DNA of 64,000 bases from Moniliella sp. 'wahieum' (GCA_003971905.1 RSEE01000033.1:248001-312000); one strand, 5' to 3'. Counted from the stretch's first letter, positions 37,698-51,738 are shown. Program-made: numbers and translations. The notes: generated from the sequence alone by a model not told the origin.

Positions 37698-39426
37698 GGC
37701 GGGCAAAATCGACAGCGCAGCCGGCGGGGGAAGGGGATGGTGGGGGGAGGGACGGGGGTTAGTGCACCGGCTGCGATGAACGTTGGCTGGCGGTTGAAAC
37801 CTGTGCAGGGACCGTCCGCGGGGCTGCGTGCTGCGCTGGCGGGCGGTCGTCTGGGCTGGCGCTGGTGCGCTGTGGGGGGCGTTCTTCAAGTTTCAAGCCT
37901 CCGGCTGGGTTAGGCCTTGTGATTACTGCAATTAATGATTGGCCACACGGGCGTCGCTTGGGTGCACGGCCTTGCCTGGCCTGCTCAGCACGGCGGCAGT
38001 GTGTGCTGGCACTTTCGAATGCGGGACGCTGCACGAGCCAGGTCGTGCTTTCGGCTGGGACCGACTTGGCTCGTCGTACTTCTATTTGTATCTCCGCGTC
38101 TTCATCCCTTGGACCACCATTTCATCCAATCGCATGCTCCCCACCAGTGTCCTGCACGGCCGACAAGGGTGGGTGACTCTGAGGGATCCGCTGTCTTCGG
38201 GATCTGATAAGCCTCACGTTTCGTTAGCGGCGTCCCATCCTGAGCCTGTGGATCCTTGACTGTGCCTCGCAGACTTGTGCTCTAGCATCGTCTCATGCTC
38301 ATAATCCGAGTGCACGTGGGGTTACCTAGTATACGGCTCAGATGTGCAGAGTTGAACCTGTACTTTTGCTCAATCACAGGCTTTAACTATGAACGCGGAG
38401 CGCTGAACCGCAATGTAGGTGTGCGAAACTTCGGGTGCTGCGTTGGAGCATAGTACAACTACTAACCAGACAATCAATGTCGAGCCTCTGTTCGCCAGGG
38501 CACACGATATCTGTGCTACCATCCTGGGCTCGAAACTCGCCAGAGGAGTATGCATGTGCCGCTGCATCAGGTCATATTTTCGGCTCGGGGGTGTTGTAGA
38601 GAACGGCTCGATCGTGGGTAGAGATAAAAGCTTCAGACGATGAGCACGAAAAAGTAGCGAGCCTTTCTCAACACGCGATCGCGGAAGACTGTTGGTGCGA
38701 TTTACATTGGGTTAGAGTAAGACGGACGCTGGTGCTAAGCGAACACGAGTATCCCCCCAGGAATCCGCCTCCGCGAAGTGAATCCAGGACGACGGGAGCT
38801 GGTTTTGCAAAGTTAAAGGTGTAAGAGGTGCGACCCTCTCTGTTTGGGGGGTACCTTGTCAGAGGTGATGAGACATGTGACAGGAGATATGACGGAAGCG
38901 GCACGAGCACAGCGGGGTCGTTTCCGACATGGCGTGGGGCGCCAGGCACAAGTGAGCGGTGGAGAGAGGAGGAAGGCGCAGGACTAGGTTGAGACCTGAG
39001 AGATGGGACAGGTTGGGCCAGCCCAGCGACTTGGACCAAATGAGAGATGGTTTGTGGAAGGCAGCTCCGATTAGTGACGTGGTGACTCACAAGTCACTAG
39101 GGACTAGGGGCTAGGGACTAGGCCAGCAGGCGGAGTAGCATATCGCAATATCTATCGATGATCGCTGATGGATGATGCATGGGGCAGACGACGGCATCAC
39201 ACATCATGGCGTGACTGAAATTTCTCCATACGTTGAACATTGAATACTTGGCCTACTTTCGAGGCGCAACAAGTCGCACCGTCAAGCTTTGCAAGCTTCG
39301 GCTTCAGTACACCCAGCACTTGGTGCCTGAAGCCTTGGACGGGGTACAAAAGCCAATCAGATGCTCGTCGTACCTTTTAACTGTTAAGGTCCCCACCCCT
39401 CGTTTTGCTCCCCCCATCCTTCTGCC

Positions 39427-41040
39427 ATGTCCGCCTCCTCCTGCTCAGCCCTGACCTCCCCCACCCGTCGGCGCTAATATGGAGAGTTGATCTGCTGCTG
39501 CAGCCAGCCCTGCTGATCTTGTACGGCTTGCATACGCCGACAAAGCCGTGCTCGGTTCGGCCTCCGTCGCTGGTATCCTCGACGCGATGGATCTCAGTAC
39601 AAAAAATGTTTCGGCAGGGCATTGCGTTCAATCCTTGGATCGCTACTCGACTGCTACCCTCCCTGTTCTATGCCGATATGCTGCCGGCGTCATCCTGGTG
39701 CGATCCTTCTCAGTCTCAGCAGCCTCGCCCGCTCGCCGTCGGTTTCTGTCCCTTACCATCTTACTTTGGGAATTACGGTCGTTCTGACTCCACCATTTCC
39801 GACTTCCGTGTATTCTATGCGGCCCGCTTCTTCTTGGGTATGCTTGAGAGCATTGTATCTCCAGGGTTTGTCGCTCTGACCCGGCGGTGGTATACTCCCG
39901 CGAGCACGCCAGCCGTCTGGGCATCTGGTACAGCGCCACTGGCGTCTTTTCCATGTTTTCCAGTTTGGTCAACTACGGCCTCGTGACCATCAAACACCCT
40001 GCGATTGCCCCTGGAAGGTTCTTTACTTATTTGCTGGGTTTTTCACCCTTCTGTTTGGCCTAGCGTTTGGCCTGCTAATTCCTTCGTCACCAGGTGAACG
40101 GCCGCTGGTTTGCATTCCGCCTACAACACGTTCACCCCAGATCAACAACTGCTCTTGCAGACGCGGTTGGCCTCCAATCATGAGGACCACCTCATCGCAC
40201 AGCAAGCATTGTTGCCAACGACGCAGTGACGAGCGATGACGGTTCCGAATGGACGACAAGGGCGATCTTTCCTCTTTGGATCCTCAACCCGTGAACTCAA
40301 CTACACACTACAAGGACGAAGTGATGAGACCCTGTTGGACGTAAAGCTTTACCTCTATTGTCTTATCGCGTTTTGCCTCTACCTCTGCAACGGAGCAGTG
40401 ACAGCCTTTCCCCAGCAACTTACCAAGCGTATCATTGGTGTATCGGGGGCCAAATCCATCGCGCTCAACACGCCTTCGGGGGCGACAACCGCATTGAGTA
40501 TCTATGTTGTGGGCTGGCTTTCTCTCCGATGGCGCAATTCGCGAATCATTCGCTCATACTCAGCACCTTACCCGTCCTTGCCGGCGCTATCATCGTTTGG
40601 CGGTGTAACTGGAACAACCATGCCGCCGTTCTTGCCGGACTCTACCTTTTGCCCATCTTTGGCGCACCGTATGTGGCGATGCTGTCCAGTGCAACGGCCA
40701 ATGTAGCAGGCCGCCTCAAAAGCGCCATCGTGACAGGCTGCATTTTTCTGGCGTATGCATTGTCCAATATTGTCGCTCCCTACCTTTTTCCATCCGTACG
40801 AGTTTGACATCCATTTCCGCACCACCTGGATCACGATCATTGTGGCAATGTGCAGCACCATTGCTCTTGCTCTCCTCTTGCCGCCGTCATGGCATGGGAC
40901 AATCGCAAGCGTGACCGAGAACAAGGTATCTCTTCGAACGATAAAGCCACCTCTCCTTCCGAGAAGAACTCGCGCCCACACCGCCCCCGCAGATTGGATT
41001 TACCGACAAGACGGATCGCAACTTCCGCTATGTGTTCTGA
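39427..41040 (+). CDS. MFS anion:cation symporter, allantoate permease (DAL5) family; heavily frameshifted
   Basis: LIWRVDLLLQP, YADKAVLGSASVAG, ARFFLGMLES, WYT..EHASRLGIWY, ANVAGRLK, YALSNIVAP, WDNRKRD, C-terminal DLTDKTDRNFRYVF. Confidence 0.82.
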
Positions 41041-41321
41041 CTTGCTTCCGTGCCTGTCGATGACGTTGATGAACCCCCGAGCTGATTCCTGCTAACTACC
41101 TTGCTCAAAGTAAGAGTTCACATGTGTGGCCCTCTTTCGCTGGCAGCTGCTCATTCCGCAGGAGAGAGCACAAAAAGAACGGACAAAAGTCGCATAATGT
41201 GTTACAGGGAATGTGGCAATGAAGACATAGTAGAGAGAAATGATGAGATCTGGAGTCTTGATGGTCCTCAAGGGCGATGCACCCACAATAGTGTGGTGTG
41301 GTGCACTAGCCATCGCAACAC

Positions 41322-43262
41322 CTATAAAGGACCATCAAGGATCCAGTCACCTCCCGGGGCTAGGCTGCGGAACAAGGAAAGCATACGAAAAACATCAGAA
41401 CTCCTAGGCCTGAGGAGGGACAAACGGGAGCTGCCCAAAACATACGATGAGCCACCCACGGGGGCTCGCCAAGAAGCGTCAGGGTTACCCTTCCAGGAGC
41501 AAACCCGACTTGTCTTCTTCTTCCGACACTTCCTCCGAGCCGGAATCTGGGTGGTAGGTCCTCGGTAGTGTTTCTTCCCGTAACAGAACCAAAAACCGGA
41601 CCAAGCCCCAAAAAGACCACCAAGATCACACGTGTAGTTCATACCAGCCTGCAAAGGAACTCTGTTCAGTATAACCATGCCAACGAGGGCCAGTGCTCAA
41701 AGAAAAGTATCAACGTACAGCATGACGGGATACTCGGTAGGTAAGCAAAGAAAGACTGATAGACAAACGGTAAATACAATAGTCATGATGTTGCATGCCG
41801 GGCCGAAAATTGGACCCAACTTGAAGCTGGGCTTGAGGCTCATATGGGGCGCGCCCCGTTGAAGAGCATCCAAAACGAGACCCAACTGTAACTCGCACCG
41901 AGGCAAATGATGGGTGCCGAGATAAATGCACTGAATGCCGCATCCGAGCCAATGTTAATGAAGCCAGGCCGGCCTGGATAGCGGTACGACAATGAGCGAG
42001 AACCACGGGGCATCCCACTTGTGGTTAACCACACCGAAAATTTTGGGCAACCCTCCGCGGTTGGCATGCCCCACATGATGCGTGCGCAATGCCATGTTGC
42101 CATCTACTCCACCAATCCAGTAGGGGATCACAACGCTCACAAGGATGACCGTCGTTCCGCTACAGAACCCTCTTGTTGATCATGGCTGGGTGAAGGTGCT
42201 GCCCGAATCAGCATTGGCCAAGGAATCGTCGGAAGGTGGTGTACAGAAGATGATGGCGATAGCCAAGACGAGGGTGTGAAGCAAGTTGAGCGCCACCCAG
42301 TGACCGCCGCAATTGGCGCACTGCGTTCGGGAAAACGCATCTCACTGGCAAAGTGGAAAGTCGAGTCATATCACAAGTAGCAATGCGACTGATGACAAGG
42401 AACTCATCCGGGGATCACCAGATTCTCCATCCGCTTTGGTTGGGGATGAAGATAACCGCATGTACGCATTGTTAAAGGAATGCTCCTTGCCCGTCTCAAT
42501 GAGAAGTATCAAGAAAATGACAAGGACGTAGTCACGTTGAGCACAAGTTGCCCGTGTTGGCGCGCTCAAGGAGGGAACTACCAAAGATGCCCTACATGTG
42601 TTGATGACCGCAATACCAAGCATCAGGAGTGACGTTTGCCATGCTTCAATCGTAAAGGAGGGATTGGTGATCTGGGCCATGGCCAGGATAAGCTGCGAGC
42701 CCAAAGGGCGTCAGACATCTGCACGGACGAAAAAAAGGAGGGAGTCGAGGGTGCCTACCTGAGCAATCACAGCATTCGTCGACAGTCCAAGGAGGATATA
42801 GCCCACTGCCAGAGCCCATCCCGATTGGTACGCGCGATACTCTCTTCAGGAGGGAGTGGCCATATGGTAGGCCCAACTTCTTGATTCCCCGTTGGCCAGA
42901 GAGAAGAGGCCTCAGCAAGGCTCATGACACTCATCAAGCTGCCAGAATATGCAGATGATGAGACCCAGAAAATCACGGAATTGCCACCGGCAGTCATGGT
43001 GGTGTCGATGGTGCCAATTAGGGAAACCCAAGAAGCGCCAATGAGGTAGCGATTGCAATACTGCCCGATTCCCAAGCTTTGGGCTGAAGGCGATGTTGGT
43101 CATCGATACGAGGAGCTGGCCTTCTTGGTAGTCGCTAACCAGCACCTCGGCCTTGGTGGGGTCTGGCTGGCGGCAAACCGGTGGGGGCCTCATAACCGTA
43201 CATGGACGTGACGGGCTTGTCGCCGCCGTCGAATAGCTCTCCTTGGCGTAGGAGGCACTCAT
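41322..43262 (-). CDS. APC-family amino acid/choline/GABA permease; heavily frameshifted, with introns
   Basis: IGASWVSL...AGGNSVIFW, VMSLAEASSLWPT, LILAMAQITNPSFTIEAWQ, ARIMWG...GLP, FINIGSDAAFSAFISA, FLCLPTEYPV, MNYTC, WFCYGKKHYRGP. Confidence 0.75.
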
Positions 43263-45629
43263 ATGATCCGGGGGGGGCTGGATTTTGGAAGGAGATGGGG
43301 GGCAAAGCGTGGTGCAGAGAATATGGAGACGAGCAGATAGGGGCCAAGTACATATACTTATGTAGGAGTGCCTCTATATACTGAAAGTTCCGCTGTTCTT
43401 TGATACCGTGTTGGCATCGCGGCAGGAGGGACGCTCGAGGAGGGCCGGTATGGGGAAGGGGCGCTGCGGGGGAAGCGCTGAGTCCCTTGTCTGCTCTGCA
43501 TGTCTTGCTGGGCATCAGCAGTGTCAGGCAGTGCTCCCCGGCAGCGTTCTCCTGAAGCTCAGTTAGTTGCCAATGCTGGGTAGCCGATGGCCAACAGAGA
43601 AAAGCGCAACGCCGCGAACCATTGAACGCAGGCCAACGCACAGCGCCCAGCGCGCCGGCCGCACGATAGCGCGGCAGGGCCCCAGAGCGAATGAGCGAAT
43701 GTGTGCACTGGCTCCTCGTGCGTCGGGGGAGGCGGCTGGCAGCTTGCGGATCTATAATCTAATCGATAATCGAGCGCGGTCGGAGCAGCTAGGGAGCAGA
43801 GCTACATACACTGCGCTGGGATGTGGCCCCGTGCCCTTGCCTGCGTTTTCGCTGGGAACGCGCTTCCGCGCCCCATCAGTGTGTCCACCCCGCTGACTGT
43901 GACATGTGATACAATGCTCAATTCAATCCTGATATTCAGGAAACAAACAAGCTCCCGGGGCACAACGCGGCCAGGACGGCAGGCTACGGCTGGCTCCGCC
44001 ACCTTCTTCGCGAAGATGCTGGTGCACTGGGGATGGTGAAGCTTGCGAAGGATGATCAATACATGATTACGCGGTATGCGTTGCGCGAGTACCAACCTCT
44101 ACCAATAACGCGATGCGCTTTTAGGAGCATTTCCGACGGCAAGAGAATACACTTAAGTATACGCATGGCGTTTACAGAAAAAAGGTGATGGATCGGTTCC
44201 AAGAGAGGAGTCCGCTAGAGGCAGAAGATAGAAGAGAGTCGATAGAACCGCGCCAGGTGTGATGCGTTTTATCGATAGAGTTATCAGCTTATAGTAGCAG
44301 TCTCGGGCCAGACGAGGGAGATCAAGGTCCTGTCAGAGACAGGGGAAACGGCAAGATCGTTTGTGGGAGGAACAAGAGGCATCGGGCAGAGGGAAAGAAA
44401 CAAAAAAAGGGAAGAGGTGAAGAGATACACACGGGATGCAGAGTTGGAAATTGTAGAGAGCGAGCTTTGACACCCCCTCCCTCTCTCCTGTAATAGACGT
44501 GGTAACGTACGGAGTGCGAGAGATAAAAGAGACGCGCACACATAACCTGCATAACCGGCCCGCCGCCCCTTTTCATTGCTTCGTCTTCTTCTCATCTCAC
44601 GCATCATGTTTCATGACTTGATGCTTGAAACTTGTGATATCTGATACTTTGAATGGATTTTCCGAAAGTCCAATCCGCATTATGCAGTGGTTTTCATCGT
44701 TGTCGTCCCCTAAAATAGGCTCCCGTCTCCCACCCCCCCTCTCTTACCTTTTTTGCCACTTCGGTCTCCTCAGGATGAAGGAGATTCCCTGTCTTACGGT
44801 GTCGGGTACGCGTTACTTCTCAAAAATGTGGAGAACAGGGCACCAAACACTGAGGACCTATTTCCTCCTTGTCGCTGGATCGGTTTGCGAGGCGTACTAT
44901 AATCATACAACGTGGGTTCGCTACCTTATAATACAGAATGAGATGACGGATCACACACACATTCCCACAGGATGTGGGTATGATCCTTGTTCTAGATCTT
45001 CCTTGCCCCCTTTGTGTCTCTTTCCCCTCATCACGCATCGTCTACCGTGTGATAGCTTCTCCTTCTCCTCTGGTATATAAGGCGCCATTCCATGCAGCCT
45101 GAATGAATACCTGTCGGCATCCGAAGCAATCTCCCTCCTACAAGAGAAGTACGACCTGTAGACCCAGTGGGAGAAGTGAGGTCACACGGAGAATGTCCAC
45201 TTTTTTTGTTCCGAGAGATTGATGAATCGGTTCGGATACTGATCTATCGTCGTGACGCATGCATACCAGCCATAACATGGGACAGGGCCTTTGCGTTGTA
45301 GGCGTTTGCAGCTGCCCCCGTGAGCGCGTGAGCTCATGGTCGCTTGCAGGTTCGACACCTGTGTGCCTTATTATGAGTTTGTATCGGGAAAGCGAAAGGT
45401 GCGAAGATGCTTTCTGCCCCGGCTGGCCACGCATGGACACCCACAGCGCTGCACCAATAGTTGAAACTTATCTGAAGCGGCTCAGGAGGCGCCCGCACCA
45501 ATTCCGCCGGGTGGGTTCCGCCAGTGGATGCTAGTCGGGCCTTTTGGCGCTCCCTCCTCAAAGTTACATGTTGGGACCTTTCTTGTGACAGGACCACCAG
45601 CACTTACTCTACCCTACTCAGTACTCAGT

Positions 45630-46346
45630 ATGGCTGCCGAAGTCCCCACCTTCAAGCTTGTACTCGGTGAGTTCAAGATCTTCTATCCATTTACCCCCGT
45701 TCGGTTGGAAGACTGACCTTATTCATCCCCTTGTTCAGTCGGCGATGGCGGTACTGGCAAGACGACCTTTGTGAAGCGCCACCTAACAGGCGAGTTTGAG
45801 AAGAAATACATTGCCACCCTTGGTGTCGAGGTCCATCCCCTCTCGTTCCACACCAACTTTGGCAACATTGTTTTCAACGTGTGGGACACGGCCGGCCAGG
45901 AGAAGTTTGGTGGCCTGCGTGATGGCTACTACATCCAGGGCCAGTGTGGCATCATCATGTTTGACGTTACGTCGCGCATCACGTACAAGAACGTGCCCAA
46001 CTGGTACCGCGACCTGGAGCGCGTGTGCGAGAACATCCCTATCGTACTTTGTGGCAACAAGGTCGATGTTAAGGAGCGCAAGGTCAAGACGGGTGCCGTC
46101 ACCTTCCACCGCAAGAAGAATCTGCAGTACTTTGAGATCTCGGCCAAGAGCAACTACAACTTCGAGAAACCTTTCCTTTGGCTTGCTCGCAAGCTGGTGG
46201 GCAACAACAACCTCGAGTTCGTTGCCGCCCCTGCTCTCGCCCCTCCTGAGGTGCAGGTCGATGCGGCTCTGATGCAGAAGTATCAGCAAGAGCTCGACAC
46301 GGCTGCTGCTGCGCCCCTTCCTGACGAGGACGACGGCGACTTTTAA
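45630..46346 (+). CDS. GSP1: Ran GTPase; intron 45667-45738
   Basis: [53 protein letters not shown], acidic tail LPDEDDGDF. Confidence 0.98.
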
Positions 46347-46760
46347 GCACTCCTGGGCTATCATATATCACCCTAATCTAGTGTTTTGGACTGCTGGCCT
46401 ACCCCCTCCACCCTTCCCGATCCATGACCACACTTCCACGCCTAACTGGGCACGAGGTTATTTCCTTCGCGATCCTTGTGTGCCGCTATAGACAAGTTAA
46501 TACTTGGGATGGGTTGCAGACCATGCGGATCCATAGATGCATACAGTCGTTTTGGGATGATACCGCAAAGAGAGCGGCAGCAAGATCTGGACTTTTGATA
46601 GCCCACCCGTCCTGCGGCGGGGATCAAGTGAGGTTTGAAACCTCAGGAGCGGCTCAAACCAATGGTGGCACGCAATGTGACATGGAAGTGAATGAAGCTG
46701 AGGAAGATGGGGTAACGAAGAAAGGGAAAGGGTGGAAGTGCATTTGAATGCACGGCCACT

Positions 46761-47342
46761 TTATTCCTCGTCCTGCACGATGGTGCCCTTGGCAGAGACG
46801 TAGAGACCGTCCAAGAACTTACGGATATCCTTGTTGCGGACAAGGCAGGCACCGTGCATGTCGGCAGCCGACTGGGACACAGCGTTGATGTCGTTGCCCT
46901 CAATCAGCACCTGGTCCTTTTGAGCTTTGTCCTCGGTGATGGTCACGCCCTCGCGCATAGGCACGTGGCGAACACGCTTCTCGCCAAGGAAGTTGCGGAT
47001 CTCAACGGCCCGCTTGTCACCGGCAATGATCAGGTTGACGGGGAAATGGGCGTACACGGCGCGGACCTTGTACTGGAAGCCCTTCGTCACACCCTTGATC
47101 ATGTTGGCCACAACCGAGGCAGCAGTGCGGAGGCAAGCAACGTGCTTGCGGCCACCGTGCCAGACAACGAAGCGGACCTTAGTGTTCTTGGCGTCCTTAA
47201 CCAGACGAATCTCCATGTTGAGGTGCTTGAGCGACTTGCTCAACTCGCCGCGGGGGCCCTTGACCCACACATCGCGGGAGGCCACCTTGACCTCAACACC
47301 GGCAGGAACGGGGATCTCAATGTCCTTGTAGATCTGGAGCAT
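46761..47342 (-). CDS. RPL9: 60S ribosomal protein L9 (uL6); 5'-UTR intron 47354-47563
   Basis: VKGPRGEL, MIKGVTKGFQYK.RAVYAHFPVN, EIRNFLGEK, VRNKDIRKFLDGLYVS. Confidence 0.97.
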   Translation of the reverse strand: MLQIYKDIEIPVPAGVEVKVASRDVWVKGPRGELSKSLKHLNMEIRLVKDAKNTKVRFVVWHGGRKHVACLRTAASVVANMIKGVTKGFQYKVRAVYAHFPVNLIIAGDKRAVEIRNFLGEKRVRHVPMREGVTITEDKAQKDQVLIEGNDINAVSQSAADMHGACLVRNKDIRKFLDGLYVSAKGTIVQDEE

Positions 47343-47734
47343 CGTTTGACGTACTAGAACATTTGCAGAAAAACGAAGTTAGCGCCGCCATCCACTGATT
47401 TTGGGTAGCCATCCCGGAAAGGGCCGCAGCCCACTCATCGCGCGTGTCCGGCGTCCATGGCAAACAGCTGGGAGAAGCTGAGGCCAAGCTCCGATGAACA
47501 GCCGCGAGTGTAGCGAAGGGCCTTGTAGGGTGCTAGAGTTCTTCTTTGGGCGTGCGTGCTTACCTGGAGACGGAGGGCTTGGTGCTGTCACGAGCTCACG
47601 ACTTGAGCAGGTGTCGCGAAGATGCTCCTACCCCTGCACCTACGTGCTCAGGACGATGGCCGAAACCAACAACAGTCACCTCGTGCCCGCTCTAGAGATC
47701 TCCAGCACGGGGGGACAATAACAAGAGTAGGTCA

Positions 47735-47760
47735 CGGCGCAATAATGTATGTAACCCTAG
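47735..47760. promoter_or_regulatory. Putative ribosomal-protein promoter element (CGGCGCAATAATGTA plus AACCCTAG)
   Basis: The 15-mer is identical to 61742-61756 upstream of RPS16; adjacent telo-box-like AACCCTAG at 47753-47760. Confidence 0.6.
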
Positions 47761-48630
47761 CTTCAATACTGGATTTTGAATGTTCCGGTCGAATCTTCAA
47801 ATGTTCAGACCCAAGACTGGTAGCAATAAGAGGTCACGTGCATGCCTATCAATACCCGCCTACACCCGCCCTCCCCATCTGATTCAACCCTCGGCCACAC
47901 TCAAGGACTTGTCCAATACCCACAGTAGTACTTGTCATTGTTCCTCACAAGGGGTGCCCAGGGCGACCTGACCGCTTTGACGAGCGTACGACAGCGCACA
48001 GCGTTGGAGACGTCTTTGTAATTCGTCATAGCGAGGACGTGGTTAGATTCTCCCAGCAGGTCATCAGTCCTCAGTGTAAATACAGAAGCTATGCAGTCAA
48101 AGTTTATCCTCACAATTGGTTCCACATTATAACCGGACGTTTCCACATAATGGTGGACGTTCCCTCCAACAGAGCGAATGGGAGATGGTGCATTTAAGTC
48201 TATATCCCGGGCCATGCATTTGGTGCAAAGCCTATTAATCAATCTCCATAGGCGATAGGGTGGACCCCCCCTCCCTTAATTGTGTGGTCGATATCCATAG
48301 TGAGAGCGAAGAGGAATCGGAGACAAAAGGATGGGCGTCAGTGGAATCGAATGCCTCCTCCTCCTCTCACCCACTGACCCCATTTGCCTGCTTAGGTCTG
48401 AAGAAGCAGTTTTGGCGCGAGTGCACTTCGATCTTCGATAGTTGGATGAGCAAGTTTGGTCTGATCTAGCTTTTGTGCCACACGAGGCGGCTTGATTGAC
48501 CTCGTTCCCAGTAACCTTTGTTCCGATAGAAAATGCATTTGTGACAAAAGGCACACAGATGGAGCAGGTCACGCGCGTGTAAAAGGATAGGTATAAGCAG
48601 GATAAAGGGGTACTGCACCCAGCTTTTCAC

Positions 48631-49491
<861 letters not shown>

Positions 49492-49749
49492 GACAATGGG
49501 GTGGTGTTGGTGCTGGTCGACGGTCATTCCGATTCTCGTTTTTTGATAGCAAGGACCCTTTGAAATGCGAACCCCGGAAGACCAAAATTGGAGGGTGAAG
49601 CTGCAAGCGCCACAGGGTTGAATAATTCGCTGCTACAGCATTCCGCTCCGGGGAAAGTAGGTGGCCTCCCCGCGTTGAAAGTGTTCCACGGCCAGCGACC
49701 ACAGCCCCATACCATCAGCTGCTACTGACCCCTCTTCGAATCCCTCGTC

Positions 49750-50725
49750 GACATGTTCACCTCCGGCTCCAATGCAGACCTTGGCTGTAGCCCCGAAGCG
49801 TCCTGAAAGCATTGAAATGCTTACCAACTCGCGCGACCGCTACAACTCACAAAACCTGGGCACATTAGAGGCATACCTTGACCAGCAAACGTACAGCAAA
49901 ATACTTCTACGACGGACCCGCGAACTTGGTGATGCCCAAGCTGCACGTCCGCCGCGGAAGTACAGCTTGGCTATGCTCAAGCTGTGCTTACATGTCTATC
50001 CCCAATTTGATCAGTAACGTTTAATCGGTATTGTGTCTCATCCAGTGGCCAGCTCAATCCATCCGCTTGCGACCACGAGGCGGTCCTCATCATCTTGTGA
50101 CCAAGGCGCTCGGGGCTCTCCCCTACCCTGATTTTACGTTGTCGTGGGCTTTGCTCGGGGGGGTGCGTGTATGAATGGATCCAGCCCATGTCAACCCGAA
50201 CGAAACTTGAGCCCTAGAGGTGGCGAGTGAGAGCATGTTGGTGGCGCAGGTGCCGTCGAAGGCCTACTGGCCGGAAATATTGAAGACTCTTTGCTCCAGT
50301 GCCTGGCCCAAACTGCTTTGCTCTTCCTACAGCAAAGCGCACTTTGCCCAGTGTTGGCAAAGCTCAAGAGTGAGCCACACACGGACTGCTTGTACGTATG
50401 CTGGATACCCCAACGCCCGCGTGGGACGTGCGTCGCATCGCTATCAGAAACTTAGCTTCGTCGTTTAAGCGTATCTTTACCCCGCGTTTGTGGGGCGTTA
50501 TCCGGACCTGACCCTACTGCATGACCTTCTGTTGCCATTATTCCCATGATATCATTGTTGGTTGAGAGGGGGGGTGCTTGCTGGTGCCGTCCAATGAGGA
50601 CATAATGCCATTAAGGCTGTTACACTTCAAAACGAGAAACATCCCCCGGTGATGCGATTGTACAAGCTGCTCACTGCGCTCACTACTGGCTCAGGCGATC
50701 TGCTGTCCTTTTCCAAGTGTAGCTA
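49750..50725 (+). CDS. Translation initiation factor eIF3 subunit K (very indel-rich; ends approximate)
   Basis: RPESIEMLTNSRDRYNSQNLGTLEAYLDQQ, LAMLKL..QLNP, KALGALPYPDFTL, HFAQCW, VRRIAIRNLASSFKRI and VPSNED resemble the eIF3k PCI-domain pattern in order. Confidence 0.7.
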
Positions 50726-51223
50726 AAAGAGGCCCCTGAGGTTTAGGCCTCAGGCAGAGGCCCAAGCCTTCGACGACGGACGTGGCTGTTATCTTTGGCA
50801 ATGCATTATTCATTCCGTCATACTTGAAGCTTGAAGCTTGACCATCACCGATGCATGATGCTCACGCATATCACCCGATCTCCTACGCTGGCAAACGGTA
50901 AAGCCGGTAAAGCCAGACAGGGACTTGCTTGATGAACTCGATAAACAGATACCTGGGAAAGGGTGGTGTCACTACTGGTACTGCTTAGCTGACGCTGGGA
51001 ATAAAGGGAGGGGAGGGGGATGGTCGATGGCATGACATCCCCAGACAGATTGCCGTAGGTGGTTGTTGGGATGGGGGCGAATAAATTGTGTTGGGTCTGG
51101 CCGTTAACAAACGTTAGGTAATCTCTTCTGCCGAGCCTGAGGCGGCCTGGGGCTAACCCTGGGGCCTGAGGCCCTGAGGCTTGGGCCTGAAGTTCAGGCT
51201 GAAGCTCCTGAAGCTTGAAGACG

Positions 51224-51272
51224 TCACGCTTCACGCTTCACGCTTAACGTTTAACGTTTAACGCTTAGCGCT
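51224..51272. repeat. Drifting 7-bp tandem array (TCACGCT x3, TAACGTT x2, TAACGCT, TAGCGCT)
   Basis: Read directly; preceded by CCTGAGG/CTGAAG-type units at 51135-51220. Confidence 0.85.
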
Positions 51273-51738
51273 TGTAAAGGCTTGACCCCGGTGTGCCCCG
51301 CTTGGACTAGGCACTGGGTCGCAGGTGCGGTGGCCGAAATGCGATGAAGCTTGAAGCTTAGAGCTTAAAGTACCAGCATCACGCGTCCCCAAGGCCTTCA
51401 CGTTCAAGCTTCAAGTTTTTCCTGAGGCGTCAGCGTTGCTTGAGGTGATTAGCATGTGATTGGATAATGGGCGCTCCCTGGCACTGCGCCAGCACAGCCA
51501 GCACGTGCCAGCATGCCGCTCTGACAGCCTCCGTCACTAGGATTGGGCGGACCGATGATCGATGATCACCCATTCGATCGTAGCAACTAGGAACTGCGCA
51601 TCCAGCGGGCTCTCTAACCCAGCCCAGCCGTGCTTCGCGGCCACCAGCCCGCGCTTCCCGCTCACCACCACAACCACCACTGCCTTCCCACCCCCTTCGT
51701 CGCCACCATCACCATCGTTCCTGCCCCCCTCGCCCTTC

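Noticed and set aside
47559..47567. CTTACCTGG resembling the U1 snRNA 5' end
   Set aside because: It is the reverse complement of the RPL9 leader-intron donor; the rest of U1 is absent.
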